DNA of 64,000 nucleotides, taken from contig JBFMGV010000092.1 in NCBI GenBank assembly GCA_040752615.1, forward strand, positions 45,659-109,658. The letters are read 5' to 3'. The DNA is from Pseudomonadota bacterium (GTDB lineage: Bacteria > Pseudomonadota > Alphaproteobacteria > Caulobacterales > Caulobacteraceae). The stretch's first letter is position 1; each line of letters opens with the position of its first letter. Below, piece after piece: positions 46,578 to 57,201 of this stretch. The notes below the pieces were generated by a model. That model made no database searches, was not told the DNA's origin, and saw only the letters and a program-made list of their open reading frames with translations. The translations under genes and the position numbers were made by a program.

Positions 46578-46978
46578 GCGTCCGGGCCAAGATGCCAAAG
46601 GCGCTCTCACTCAAGGACGCCTTCGAGACCGAGTTCGCGCGCCGCGAGATGGAGCGCCGCGCCAAGGCCGAGGCCGAACGCAAGCAGCAGGAAGCCGATC
46701 TGGCGAGCGCCCAGGCGCTGCACGCCGCCGTGACGGCGGACGGCGACTTCCTGGCGTCGCGCAAGCTGACCGCCGACGTGCGCCGCTACACGGTGTCGCT
46801 GGACAACGCCGACTATCGGATCGCGGCCTATTTCGAGGCCGGCCAGGCCAACGTCACGCTGTCCGACAAGCGCACCGCCATCCCGGGGGCCGCTGCGCCC
46901 CGCAAGCAACAGATCGTGGAGAACGTCGAGGACGCGCTCCAGGTCATGGCTCAATTCCTCGCCGACGAGACCCGTTAG
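46574..46978 (+). CDS. Hypothetical protein (134 aa, charged helical N-terminus) embedded in the suf operon
   Basis: Translationally coupled to the preceding ORF. The stop TAG at 46976-46978 is 1 nt before the sufC ATG. Codons are GC3-rich. I recognise no family. Confidence 0.6.
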   Translation: MSVRAKMPKALSLKDAFETEFARREMERRAKAEAERKQQEADLASAQALHAAVTADGDFLASRKLTADVRRYTVSLDNADYRIAAYFEAGQANVTLSDKRTAIPGAAAPRKQQIVENVEDALQVMAQFLADETR

Positions 46979-46979
46979 A

Positions 46980-47726
46980 ATGCTGTCTGTTTCCAACCTC
47001 CACGCCTCGGTCGACGGCAAGGAGATCCTGAAGGGCCTGTCGCTGGAGGTTCCGGCCGGCGAGGTGCACGCGATCATGGGGCCGAACGGCGCCGGCAAGT
47101 CGACGATGTCGTACGTGCTGACGGGTCGGCAGGGCTATGAGGTCACCGAGGGCTCGGCCACGCTGAACGGCGAGGACCTGCTGTCGCTGGAGCCCAACGA
47201 GCGGGCGGCCAAGGGCGTGTTCCTCTCGTTCCAGTATCCGCTGGAGATCCCGGGCGTGCCCGCCCTGACCTTCATCCGCACCGCGCTGAACGCCCAGCGC
47301 AAGGCGCGGGGCGAGCCCGAGATCACCGCGCCGGAGTTCCTGAAACTGGCGCGCGCCAAGGCGGGCGAGCTGAAGATCGACTTCGACATGCTGAAGCGCG
47401 CGCTCAATGTCGGCTTCTCCGGCGGTGAGAAGAAGCGGATGGAAATCCTTCAGATGGCGATGCTTTCGCCGCGATTCCTGATCCTGGACGAGACGGATTC
47501 CGGCCTGGACATCGACGCGCTGCGGATCGTCTCCGAGGGCGTGAACGCCCTGCGCAGCCCGGATCGCGGCATGCTGGTGATCACGCACTACCAGCGCCTG
47601 CTGGACTACATCAAACCGGACCGGGTGCACGTGCTCTCCGCCGGCCGCATCGTCGCCTCGGGCGGCCCGGAGCTGGCGCTGGAGCTGGAGCGCGACGGTT
47701 ACGACAAGTACGCGAGGGCCGCTTGA
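46980..47726 (+). CDS. sufC: Fe-S cluster assembly ATPase SufC
   Basis: Walker A 'GPNGAGKST', ABC signature 'FSGGEKKR' and Walker B 'LILDETDSGLD'. Confidence 0.95.
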   Translation: MLSVSNLHASVDGKEILKGLSLEVPAGEVHAIMGPNGAGKSTMSYVLTGRQGYEVTEGSATLNGEDLLSLEPNERAAKGVFLSFQYPLEIPGVPALTFIRTALNAQRKARGEPEITAPEFLKLARAKAGELKIDFDMLKRALNVGFSGGEKKRMEILQMAMLSPRFLILDETDSGLDIDALRIVSEGVNALRSPDRGMLVITHYQRLLDYIKPDRVHVLSAGRIVASGGPELALELERDGYDKYARAA

Positions 47727-48754
47727 ACCTCGCCGCCGCCATTCGCGACCGGGACGTCTCGCAGCTTCCCGGCAAGCGCGACGAGGACTGGCGCTGGACG
47801 GACCTGCGCGGGCTGATCCGCGAGGCGCCGGCGCCGTCGGCCGAGCTGGAGGGCGATCCCGGCGCGGGGCCGTTCGAGACCTATCCCGAGCGCGCGGTGA
47901 TCCTGGGCAACGGGTTCGGCGCCCGGCCGATCTCGGTCGAGCCGGGGGAGTCGCGGGTGATCGCCCTGCAGGTGGTGTCGAAGGGCGACGGCGGGCACGC
48001 CGCGCGGGTGGACGTCAGCGTCGCGCCCGGCGGCCGGCTGACGCTGCTGGAGAGCTATCAGGGGCAGGGGAGCTACCTCGCCCACACCGAGCTCAGCATC
48101 TCGATCGCCGAGGGCGGCAGCCTGGAGCGGGTGGTGCTGGCGCAGGACGACGCCGAGGGCGTTTCGGTGAGCCAGGCGGACGTGCGCCTGTCGCCCGGCG
48201 CGCGGTTCGCCCAGACCGTGGTGACGTCCGGCGCCCGCCGCCAGCGGATCGAGACCGTGGTGACGCATCCGGGCGGCCATGCCGACCTGCGGCTGGACGG
48301 GATCTACCTGCTGGCCGACAAGCGGCACGCGGACCTGACCAGCGCGGTGACGCACGCCGCCGTCGACGGCACGACCCAGCAACTGACCAAAGGCGTGGTC
48401 CGCGACCAGGCCCGCGCCGTGTTCCAGGGGCGGATCGTGGTGGCCGAGGGGGCCGACCACACCGACGCGCGGATGGGACACCACGCCCTGATCCTGTCGG
48501 ATCGCGCCGAGGTGGACGCCAAGCCCGAGCTGGAAATCTACGCCGACGACGTGGCGTGCGCGCACGGCAACACGGTGGGCGCGCTGGACGAGGACGCGCT
48601 GTTCTACGCCCAGCAGCGCGGCATTCCCGAGCTCGAGGCCAAGGCGCTGCTGACCGAGGCCTTCGTGGGCGAGGTGGTCGACCGGATCGAACACGAGGGC
48701 GCGCGGGAGATCGTCCGGGCCTGGGCCGCCGCGCGGCTGAGGATCGCGGCATGA
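47723..48754 (+). CDS. sufD: Fe-S cluster assembly protein SufD (short form)
   Basis: C-terminal SufD beta-helix pattern ('QGRIVVAEGADHTDARM', 'ELEIYADDVACAHGNTVGALDEDALFY'). The TTG start overlaps the sufC stop. Confidence 0.85.
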   Translation: MNLAAAIRDRDVSQLPGKRDEDWRWTDLRGLIREAPAPSAELEGDPGAGPFETYPERAVILGNGFGARPISVEPGESRVIALQVVSKGDGGHAARVDVSVAPGGRLTLLESYQGQGSYLAHTELSISIAEGGSLERVVLAQDDAEGVSVSQADVRLSPGARFAQTVVTSGARRQRIETVVTHPGGHADLRLDGIYLLADKRHADLTSAVTHAAVDGTTQQLTKGVVRDQARAVFQGRIVVAEGADHTDARMGHHALILSDRAEVDAKPELEIYADDVACAHGNTVGALDEDALFYAQQRGIPELEAKALLTEAFVGEVVDRIEHEGAREIVRAWAAARLRIAA

Positions 48755-49965
48755 CCTTCGACGTCCAGGCCGCCCGCGCCGACTTCCCGATCCTGCTGCG
48801 CCACGTGCACGGCAAGCCGCTGGTCTATCTGGACAGCGCCGCGTCGGCCCAGAAGCCGAAGGCGGTGATCGACGCCATGACGCACGCGATGGAGCATTCC
48901 TACGCGAACGTGCATCGCGGGCTGCATACCCTGGCCAACGAGACCACCGACGCCTACGAGGCCGCGCGCCAGAAGGTGGCGGCCTTCATCGGCGCGGCGC
49001 CGACCGAGATCGTCTTCACCAAGGGCGGCACCGAGGCGGTGAACCTGGTCGCGGCCGGGATCGGCGCGGGACTGCACCCCGGCGACGAGATCGTGCTCTC
49101 CGAGATGGAGCACCACGCCAACATCGTGCCGTGGCACTTCCTGCGCGAGCGCAAGGGCGTGGTCCTGAAGTTCGTGCCGGTGACCGACGATGGCCGGCTG
49201 GACCTGGAAGCGTTCCAGAACCTGCTGGGACCGAAGACCAAGGTCGTGGCCCTGACGCACATGTCCAACGTCCTTGGCACCATCAACGACGCCAAGGCCC
49301 TGGCGCGGATGGCCCATGAGGTCGGCGCGCAGGTGCTGTTCGACGGCTGCCAGGCCATCGTCCACAAGCCGGTGGACGTGAAGGACATCGACGCCGACTT
49401 CTACGTCTTCTCCGGTCACAAGCTGTATGGCCCGACCGGGATCGGCATCCTCTACGGCAAGCCCGAACGTCTGGCTGCGCTGCCGCCGTACCAGGGCGGC
49501 GGTGAGATGATCGGGGCGGTGTCGCTGGACGAGATCACCTACGCCGACCCGCCGCACCGGTTCGAGGCCGGGACGCCGCCGATCCTGGAGGCCATAGGCC
49601 TGGGCGCGGCGATCGACTGGCTGTCCGGCCTGGACCGCGAGGCGGTGGCCGAGCACGAGCACCGCCTGTACGCCCGGGTGCGCGAGCAGCTTCAGGGCTT
49701 CAACTGGCTGAAGGTGATCGGCGAGGCGCCCGGCAAGGGGGCCATCCTGAGCTTCACCATCGACGGCGCCCACGCGCATGACGTGGCCCAGATCCTGGAC
49801 CGCTACGGAGTGGCGGTGCGGGCCGGGACGCACTGCGCCGAGCCCCTGATGCGGCGTTTCGGCGTGACGTCGAGCGCGCGCGCATCCTTCGCCCTATATA
49901 ACACCGAGGAAGAGGCCGACGCCTTCGTGGACGCCCTGACCCGGACCCAAGCCTTCTTCGCCTGA
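48751..49965 (+). CDS. sufS: Class II cysteine desulfurase SufS
   Basis: 'FSGHKLYGPTG' PLP-Lys and 'RAGTHCAEP' catalytic Cys. The ATG overlaps the sufD stop. Confidence 0.93.
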   Translation: MTFDVQAARADFPILLRHVHGKPLVYLDSAASAQKPKAVIDAMTHAMEHSYANVHRGLHTLANETTDAYEAARQKVAAFIGAAPTEIVFTKGGTEAVNLVAAGIGAGLHPGDEIVLSEMEHHANIVPWHFLRERKGVVLKFVPVTDDGRLDLEAFQNLLGPKTKVVALTHMSNVLGTINDAKALARMAHEVGAQVLFDGCQAIVHKPVDVKDIDADFYVFSGHKLYGPTGIGILYGKPERLAALPPYQGGGEMIGAVSLDEITYADPPHRFEAGTPPILEAIGLGAAIDWLSGLDREAVAEHEHRLYARVREQLQGFNWLKVIGEAPGKGAILSFTIDGAHAHDVAQILDRYGVAVRAGTHCAEPLMRRFGVTSSARASFALYNTEEEADAFVDALTRTQAFFA

Positions 49966-49975
49966 GTAAGAGACG

Positions 49976-50338
49976 ATGGACGACGCCACCGCCGTAGAGC
50001 CCCAGGAAACGACGCCGCTCAGCCAGGCCGAGCTGGACGTGCTGACCGACAAGCTCGTGGACAAGCTGAAGACGGTCTACGATCCGGAGATTCCGGTCGA
50101 CATCTATGAGCTGGGCCTCATCTACAAGGTCGACGTGTCGGACGACCTGGACGTCGCCATCGACATGACCCTGACCGCGCCGGGCTGCCCGGTGGCCGGC
50201 GAGATGCCGGGCTGGGTCGAGGACGCGGTCAAGGAGATCCCCGAGATCCGCTCGTGCCGGGTCGAGCTGGTGTTCGATCCGCCATGGGACCCCTCGCGCA
50301 TGAGCGACGAGGCCAAGCTGCAGCTGAACATGTTCTGA
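49976..50338 (+). CDS. sufT: SUF-system DUF59/SufT-type Fe-S assembly protein
   Basis: 'VYDPEIPVDIYELGLIY' and 'LTAPGCPVAG'. Confidence 0.85.
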   Translation: MDDATAVEPQETTPLSQAELDVLTDKLVDKLKTVYDPEIPVDIYELGLIYKVDVSDDLDVAIDMTLTAPGCPVAGEMPGWVEDAVKEIPEIRSCRVELVFDPPWDPSRMSDEAKLQLNMF

Positions 50339-50736
50339 TGACCAGCATCGACCTCACCCCCTCCGCGCCGCGTCCGCGCCGTCCCCGCCCGAAGGTGGTC
50401 ACCCTGACCGACGCCGCCGCGGCGCGGGTGCAGGAGATCATGGGCAAGGCCGACCGGCCCTACATGGGCCTGCGCGTCGGCGTGAAGAACGGCGGCTGCG
50501 CCGGGCAGGAGTACGTCCTGGGCTACGCCGAGGCGCCAGACCCGATGGACGAGGTGGTCGAGGACAAGGGCGTCACCATCCTGGTGGAGCCCAAGGCGGT
50601 GCTGTTCCTGCTGGGCACCGAGATCGACTACGAGGTCAGCAAGCTCTCGGCCAAGTTCGTGTTCCGCAATCCGAACGAGACCGACGCCTGCGGCTGCGGC
50701 GAGAGCGTCACGATCGTCCCGGCGAAGGCCGACTAG
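50338..50736 (+). CDS. sufA: A-type Fe-S carrier (SufA/IscA/HesB family)
   Basis: 'GGCAGQEY' and C-terminal 'CGCGES'. The ATG at 50338 overlaps the sufT stop. The track start at 50254 is an extension. Confidence 0.88.
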   Translation: MTSIDLTPSAPRPRRPRPKVVTLTDAAAARVQEIMGKADRPYMGLRVGVKNGGCAGQEYVLGYAEAPDPMDEVVEDKGVTILVEPKAVLFLLGTEIDYEVSKLSAKFVFRNPNETDACGCGESVTIVPAKAD

Positions 50737-50742
50737 GCGCCG

Positions 50743-51411
50743 TCAGCTCGCGTAGGCGTACGGGCCACCGCGTTCAAGCGCGCGACGATAGGCCGGCCGG
50801 GCGTGAATGCGGTCGAGGAACGCGGAGAGGCGCGGACGCCCTTCACGCAGGGCCGCGCGTTCGGCGGCGGCCTCGACCGGAAAGCTCATCATCACATCGG
50901 CCGCGCTGAACGTGGGGCCGGCGAACCATTCGGTCTTCGAGAGCTGCTGCTCCCAGTAGTCGAAGTGCAGCTTGAGCTGGGGGTCGACGAAGCCGGCCTG
51001 GGCGGTCTTGGCGATCCCGCCCACCAGGGGGCGAAGCAGCGCGGGCGCGCGCTGGGGCAGGATGCCGAACACCAGCTTCAGCAGCAGCGGCGGCATGGCC
51101 GAGCCCTCGGCGTAGTGGATCCAGTAGCGGAGCTGGCGGTACTCGGGCGTGCCGGGAACCGGCGCGAGGCGGCCGGCGCCGTGGCGCTCCAGGATGGCTT
51201 CGACGATCGCGCCGGTCTCGGCGAGGGTCTCGCCGTCGTCGGTGACCACCGGCGACTTGCCCAGCGGATGGACGGCCTTCAGCTCGGGCGGCGCCAGCAT
51301 GGTCTTGGGATCGCGCGCGTAGTGGACGATCTCGTAGGGGATCTCCAACTCCTCGAGCAGCCACAACACCCGCTGGGAGCGCGAGTTTTCCAGGTGGTGG
51401 ACGGTGAGCAT
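50743..51411 (-). CDS. Glutathione S-transferase
   Basis: 'SRSQRVLWLLEELEIPYE' and 'HPLGKSPVV' GST N-terminal domain. Start reset to 'MLTVHHL' at 51411. Confidence 0.88.
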   Translation of the reverse strand: MLTVHHLENSRSQRVLWLLEELEIPYEIVHYARDPKTMLAPPELKAVHPLGKSPVVTDDGETLAETGAIVEAILERHGAGRLAPVPGTPEYRQLRYWIHYAEGSAMPPLLLKLVFGILPQRAPALLRPLVGGIAKTAQAGFVDPQLKLHFDYWEQQLSKTEWFAGPTFSAADVMMSFPVEAAAERAALREGRPRLSAFLDRIHARPAYRRALERGGPYAYAS

Positions 51412-51479
51412 GAAAAGACCCTCGGAGCCGGCGGGGCCGAGGGTCCTTGCGTTTGGTGATCGGCGCAAGCGCGCCGGGT

Positions 51480-52277
51480 CTAGCGGCCCTTGAAGGCGGC
51501 CTGGCGCTTTTGGACGAAGGCCATGATGCCTTCCTTGGCGTCCTCGCTGCGGGCGGCGAGGCCCTGGGCGTAGGCTTCCGCCTCGAGCTGTTCATGCCAC
51601 GAGTTGTTGAGCGACTCCCACACGAGGTTGCGGGTGAGGCCCAGGGAGTAGGGCCCGTCGGCCAGGGCGCGGGCGTACTGCAGGGCCGAATCCAGCACCT
51701 CGGCGTCGGGCACGACCTTGTTGATCAGGCCCCACTCGGCGGCGGTCTTGGCCGGCAGCTTCTCGCCGAGCAGCATCAGTTCCATGGCGCGCGCCTTGCC
51801 GACCAGCTTGGGCAGCATCCAGGTGGCGCCGCCGTCGGGCACCAGGCCGATGCGGCGGAAGGCCAGCAGGAAGTAGGCGCTCTCGGCGGCCACCACGAGG
51901 TCGGCGGCGACGGCCAAGGAGACCCCGACGCCGGCGGCGACGCCGTTCACAGCCGAGACGATCGGCTTGGGCGACTTGCGCACCGCGGCGACGAAGGGGT
52001 TGAAGACCCGCAGCAGCGACTGGTTCGGGCCGCCCGCCGGGTCGGCGCGGCCGCCGCCGGCCGTGAGGTTGGCGCCCGAGCAGAAGCCGCGACCCTCGCC
52101 GGTGAAGACGATGGCGCGGACCTTGTCGCCGTAGGCGAAGTCGTCGAAGGCCGTCTGGAGTTCGCCCATCAGCTCAAGGCCGGCCGCGTTCAGCGTCGAC
52201 GGGTCCGACAGGGTGATGATGCCGACGCCGCCGTCGATGTGGGTCTTGACCTTGGCGGGAGCCTGAGCGCCGTCCAT
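51480..52277 (-). CDS. Enoyl-CoA hydratase/isomerase family protein
   Basis: Crotonase fold: 'FTGEGRGFCSGANL' and 'NGVAAGVG'. The ATG at 52277 is preceded by GGAGGA. Confidence 0.88.
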   Translation of the reverse strand: MDGAQAPAKVKTHIDGGVGIITLSDPSTLNAAGLELMGELQTAFDDFAYGDKVRAIVFTGEGRGFCSGANLTAGGGRADPAGGPNQSLLRVFNPFVAAVRKSPKPIVSAVNGVAAGVGVSLAVAADLVVAAESAYFLLAFRRIGLVPDGGATWMLPKLVGKARAMELMLLGEKLPAKTAAEWGLINKVVPDAEVLDSALQYARALADGPYSLGLTRNLVWESLNNSWHEQLEAEAYAQGLAARSEDAKEGIMAFVQKRQAAFKGR

Positions 52278-52363
52278 GACGGATCCTCCGTTGAAGCTTC
52301 TTTGCTCCGATCGAAGGCAGAATACCCCGGCGTCAGCCAAGGACGAATGTCGCGTGGTGGCGC

Positions 52364-53431
52364 CTAGGCGGCCCGCGAGGCGCCCTTCGCGGCGTGGGTC
52401 TCGGCGACCGAGGTGCGATTGCGGCCGGCGTGCTTGGAGGCGTAGAGCGCGCGGTCGGCGTCTTCCAGCAGCACCTGGCCATCCTCGCCGGAACGCAGCG
52501 AGGCGATGCCGGTGGAGATGGTGATGGCGCCCAGGTCCTCGTTGGTCGAGCGACGCTTCAGGATGCGCGAGGAGATCTCGGCGCGGGCCGCCTCCATGGC
52601 GGTGACGGCCTGCTCGGGCGTCTCACCGGGGAAGAGCACGGCGAATTCCTCGCCGCCGTAGCGGGCGGCGAAGCGCGGCGCATCGGCGATGCGGCCGATG
52701 ACGCTGGCGACGTAGCGGATCACCTGGTCGCCGGTCTGGTGGCCCCAGGTGTCGTTGAAGATCTTGAAGTGGTCGATGTCGACGATCGCCAGCGTCAGGG
52801 GGCGGCCCTTCTCGGCCGCGTCGGCACAGGCGGCGCTGAGCGTCTCGTCGAAGGCCTTGCGGTTAGCGAGATCCGTGAGGCTGTCCGTCATGGCGTCCCG
52901 GCGAACCTGGGCCAGGTTCTCGCGCAGGCGGCTCAGCTCGTCGGTCGTGTCGGCCAGCTGGCTTTCCAGGGCCATGTTCTCTTCGCGCACCTTGCGGGTC
53001 GCCACGGTCAGGGTCTCGACCATGGCGCGCACGGCGTCGGCGTCCTGCTCGACCAGGGTCTCGCTGGCGGTGGCCAGTTGCTGGCCATAGGCCTCGCTGG
53101 TTTCGCGGGCGGATTCGATGGCGCGATGGACGCTGTCCAGTTCCTCGGACAGGCTCTTGCCGGCGTCGAGGATCTCACCCGAAAGCTTGGCGGCCGGCAG
53201 ATACTCGGCGGCGATCTGTTCGCCGACCTGGTCGGTGAAGGCGCTGCCGGCGCGGATCAGGGAGTCGATCTTGACCGCCACGTCGCTGTCCTTGGCGGCG
53301 ACGTAGTGCATCCACAGCTCGAAGTTGAGCGCGGTCGGCCAGACGCGATGGGTTTCCATGGCGTCCAGGGCTTTCCGGGCCAGCGCGTAGGCCTTCGGGC
53401 TGCGGAGGAGGGGATCGATTTCCGACGGCAT
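52364..53431 (-). CDS. Diguanylate cyclase (GGDEF) with N-terminal coiled-coil/sensor region
   Basis: 'RYGGEEFAVLF' active site, with an I-site-like 'RxxD' upstream. It is soluble. It may correspond to Caulobacter DgcB by context (inference). Confidence 0.88.
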   Translation of the reverse strand: MPSEIDPLLRSPKAYALARKALDAMETHRVWPTALNFELWMHYVAAKDSDVAVKIDSLIRAGSAFTDQVGEQIAAEYLPAAKLSGEILDAGKSLSEELDSVHRAIESARETSEAYGQQLATASETLVEQDADAVRAMVETLTVATRKVREENMALESQLADTTDELSRLRENLAQVRRDAMTDSLTDLANRKAFDETLSAACADAAEKGRPLTLAIVDIDHFKIFNDTWGHQTGDQVIRYVASVIGRIADAPRFAARYGGEEFAVLFPGETPEQAVTAMEAARAEISSRILKRRSTNEDLGAITISTGIASLRSGEDGQVLLEDADRALYASKHAGRNRTSVAETHAAKGASRAA

Positions 53432-53479
53432 GAGCCCGAGCTTAGGGCGCGGACCCCAAACAGGCCGTTAAAGCCCGGA

Positions 53480-55069
<1,590 letters not shown>

Positions 55070-55318
55070 TCGCTACTTGAGGGTGCGTGGCTTACCCGTT
55101 TGACCCGAAGGACAGCGGACATGGCGCCACGCGGCGGCGCGGACGGACATCGCCGCGCGCGCGGAACATACGGCGCACGGTCCCGGTGTCAACGCACGGT
55201 GCAGAACGCGGTTCACGGCGCCTGTTTTGTGGGTGCGCCTGCGCGCCTTCCGGCGTCCGCTTGCCGGGCCATTCCGTAAGGGTCAGGGTAAGCCTTGGGA
55301 TCGAGGGAGTGCACGATC

Positions 55319-56518
55319 ATGAGTGTTGTTGAACCCGGCTCGGCCGGAGCGGGACTTGTTGCGCGCGTGAAGGCGCTGCTGACGCGGCCCGCGGCCACCT
55401 GGGACGAGATCGCCGCCGAGCCGGCGACCGTGGGCGGACTGTTCCGCGGCTATGTGCTGCCGTTGTCGGCGATCCCCGCGGTGGCGGGGGCGATCGGCCT
55501 GCTGATCTTCGGAGTCAGCGGCGGCTTCCTGGGCTTCGGCTTCAGCTATCGGCCCTCGCCGGTGTGGATCATCGGTCAGGCGTTGCTGCAGTTCGTGTTG
55601 GGCCTGGCGATGATCTTCGTGATGAGCCTGGTGATCGACGGCCTGGCCAAGACCTTCGGCGCGACCCAGGACCGGGTGCAGGCGACCAAGGTGGCCGCCT
55701 ATGCGCCGACGGCGAGTTGGGTCGCCGGCGCGGTGATGATCTTCCCGCAACTGGCGATCGTGGCGCTGCTGGGCGGGCTCTACAGCCTGTATCTGCTGTT
55801 CGTGGGGCTGCCGAAGGTGATGAATGCGCCCGAGGAGCGGAAGGTCCCTTACTTCGCGGCCGTGCTGGTGGTGGTGATCATCGTCGGACTGGTGATCGGT
55901 GCGATCAGCGGCGCGGTGATGGGCGCCGGCCGGATGGCCGGCATGGGCGCGATGGGCGCCGCGGGGGGCAAGGTCACCATTCCCGGACAGGGCGAGGTGG
56001 ATCTGGGCAAGCTGGAGGAACAGAGCAAGCGGCTCGAGGACGTGGCCCGCAAGATGGAGTCCGGCGAGGGCGTCGCGGCGACCGATCCGGATGTGCTGAA
56101 GGGCTATCTGCCGACCGCCGTGGCCGGCTACGCGCGCAGCGGCGTCGAGGTGTCGAGCGGCGAGGCCGCCGGCATCCAGGGCGCCGAGGCCGAGGGCACC
56201 TATGAGAAAGCCGGGGTCAGCTTCCGCCTGAAGGTGGCCGATATCGGCGGCGCCGGCGCCCTGGCCGGCATGGCCAGCGCGTTCAAGGTGAAGTCCCACG
56301 AGGAGAACGCCGACGGCTACGAGAAGATCGACACGATCAACGGCCGCCTGGTGCAGGAGAAGTACAACCGGACGTCCAAGTCGGGCGAGTACAGCGTGCT
56401 GGTCGGCCAGCGGTTCGCCGTGAGCGCCGAGGGCGAGGGCGTGTCGATCGACGATCTGAAGGCGGCGGTGAACGCGGTCGGGATCGAGCGACTGGAAAGC
56501 CTGGCCAAGGCCAACTAG
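55319..56518 (+). CDS. Yip1-domain membrane protein with ~200-aa soluble C-terminal extension
   Basis: The N-terminal 'TRPAATWDEIAAEPATVGGLFRGYVLPLSAIPAVAG' plus 5 TM helices resemble Yip1/DUF1282-type proteins. ATG at 55319 after a GAGGGAG SD. Confidence 0.7.
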   Translation: MSVVEPGSAGAGLVARVKALLTRPAATWDEIAAEPATVGGLFRGYVLPLSAIPAVAGAIGLLIFGVSGGFLGFGFSYRPSPVWIIGQALLQFVLGLAMIFVMSLVIDGLAKTFGATQDRVQATKVAAYAPTASWVAGAVMIFPQLAIVALLGGLYSLYLLFVGLPKVMNAPEERKVPYFAAVLVVVIIVGLVIGAISGAVMGAGRMAGMGAMGAAGGKVTIPGQGEVDLGKLEEQSKRLEDVARKMESGEGVAATDPDVLKGYLPTAVAGYARSGVEVSSGEAAGIQGAEAEGTYEKAGVSFRLKVADIGGAGALAGMASAFKVKSHEENADGYEKIDTINGRLVQEKYNRTSKSGEYSVLVGQRFAVSAEGEGVSIDDLKAAVNAVGIERLESLAKAN

Positions 56519-56573
56519 CGCGCCCCGCCCGCTGTGCTACGCATGGCGGCTGGAGTGGCGTTGGAGGGCTGGC

Positions 56574-57197
56574 ATGGGGGCGCCTGGCGAGGCGAGGGCG
56601 GTTTCGCGCGCCCTGGCTATGCTTGTCCGGCCCGCCCGCGCCTGGGACGAGATCCAGGCGCAGCCGGCTGAACCCCGGGCCCTGTTCCGCGGCTACGTGC
56701 TCCCGCTGGCGGCCGTTCCGGCCGTCTGCGGGGTGATCGGCGCCGCGGTCTTCGGCTTCAACATCGCCAGCGTCGGCGTGCGGATGAGCCAGGCCGGCCT
56801 GCTGCTGGGCTCGGTCGTGGGCTTCGCCGCGACGCTGCTGGCGGTCTGGCTGCTGGCGATCTGGCTCGACATCACGGCCCCGGCATTCGGCGGGCTGCGC
56901 GACCGCCGCGCGGCCCTGAACCTCGTGGGATACGGGGCGACGGCGAGCTGGATCGGCGGCGTGGCCGAGCTCTATCCCAGCGTCGGGATCCCCGTGGGCA
57001 TCCTGGCGGGGCTCTACAGTCTCTACGCGCTGTACCTGGGGCTTCCGAAGCTGATGCGGATCCCGCCGGAACGGGCCCTGACCGCCTTCGCCGCGGCGCT
57101 GATCGCCACCCTGTTGCTGGGCGCGGCGCGGGGTGCGCTGGTCGGCCTGGCGGCCGAGGCGGGCGGCCCGCTCTCGGCCACCTACGCCCCGCGCTAG
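56574..57197 (+). CDS. Yip1-domain membrane protein (short paralog)
   Basis: 'VRPARAWDEIQAQPAEPRALFRGYVLPLAAVPAVCG' parallels the upstream gene. 207 aa. GGAGGG SD. Confidence 0.7.
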   Translation: MGAPGEARAVSRALAMLVRPARAWDEIQAQPAEPRALFRGYVLPLAAVPAVCGVIGAAVFGFNIASVGVRMSQAGLLLGSVVGFAATLLAVWLLAIWLDITAPAFGGLRDRRAALNLVGYGATASWIGGVAELYPSVGIPVGILAGLYSLYALYLGLPKLMRIPPERALTAFAAALIATLLLGAARGALVGLAAEAGGPLSATYAPR

Positions 57198-57201
57198 GCG
57201 G

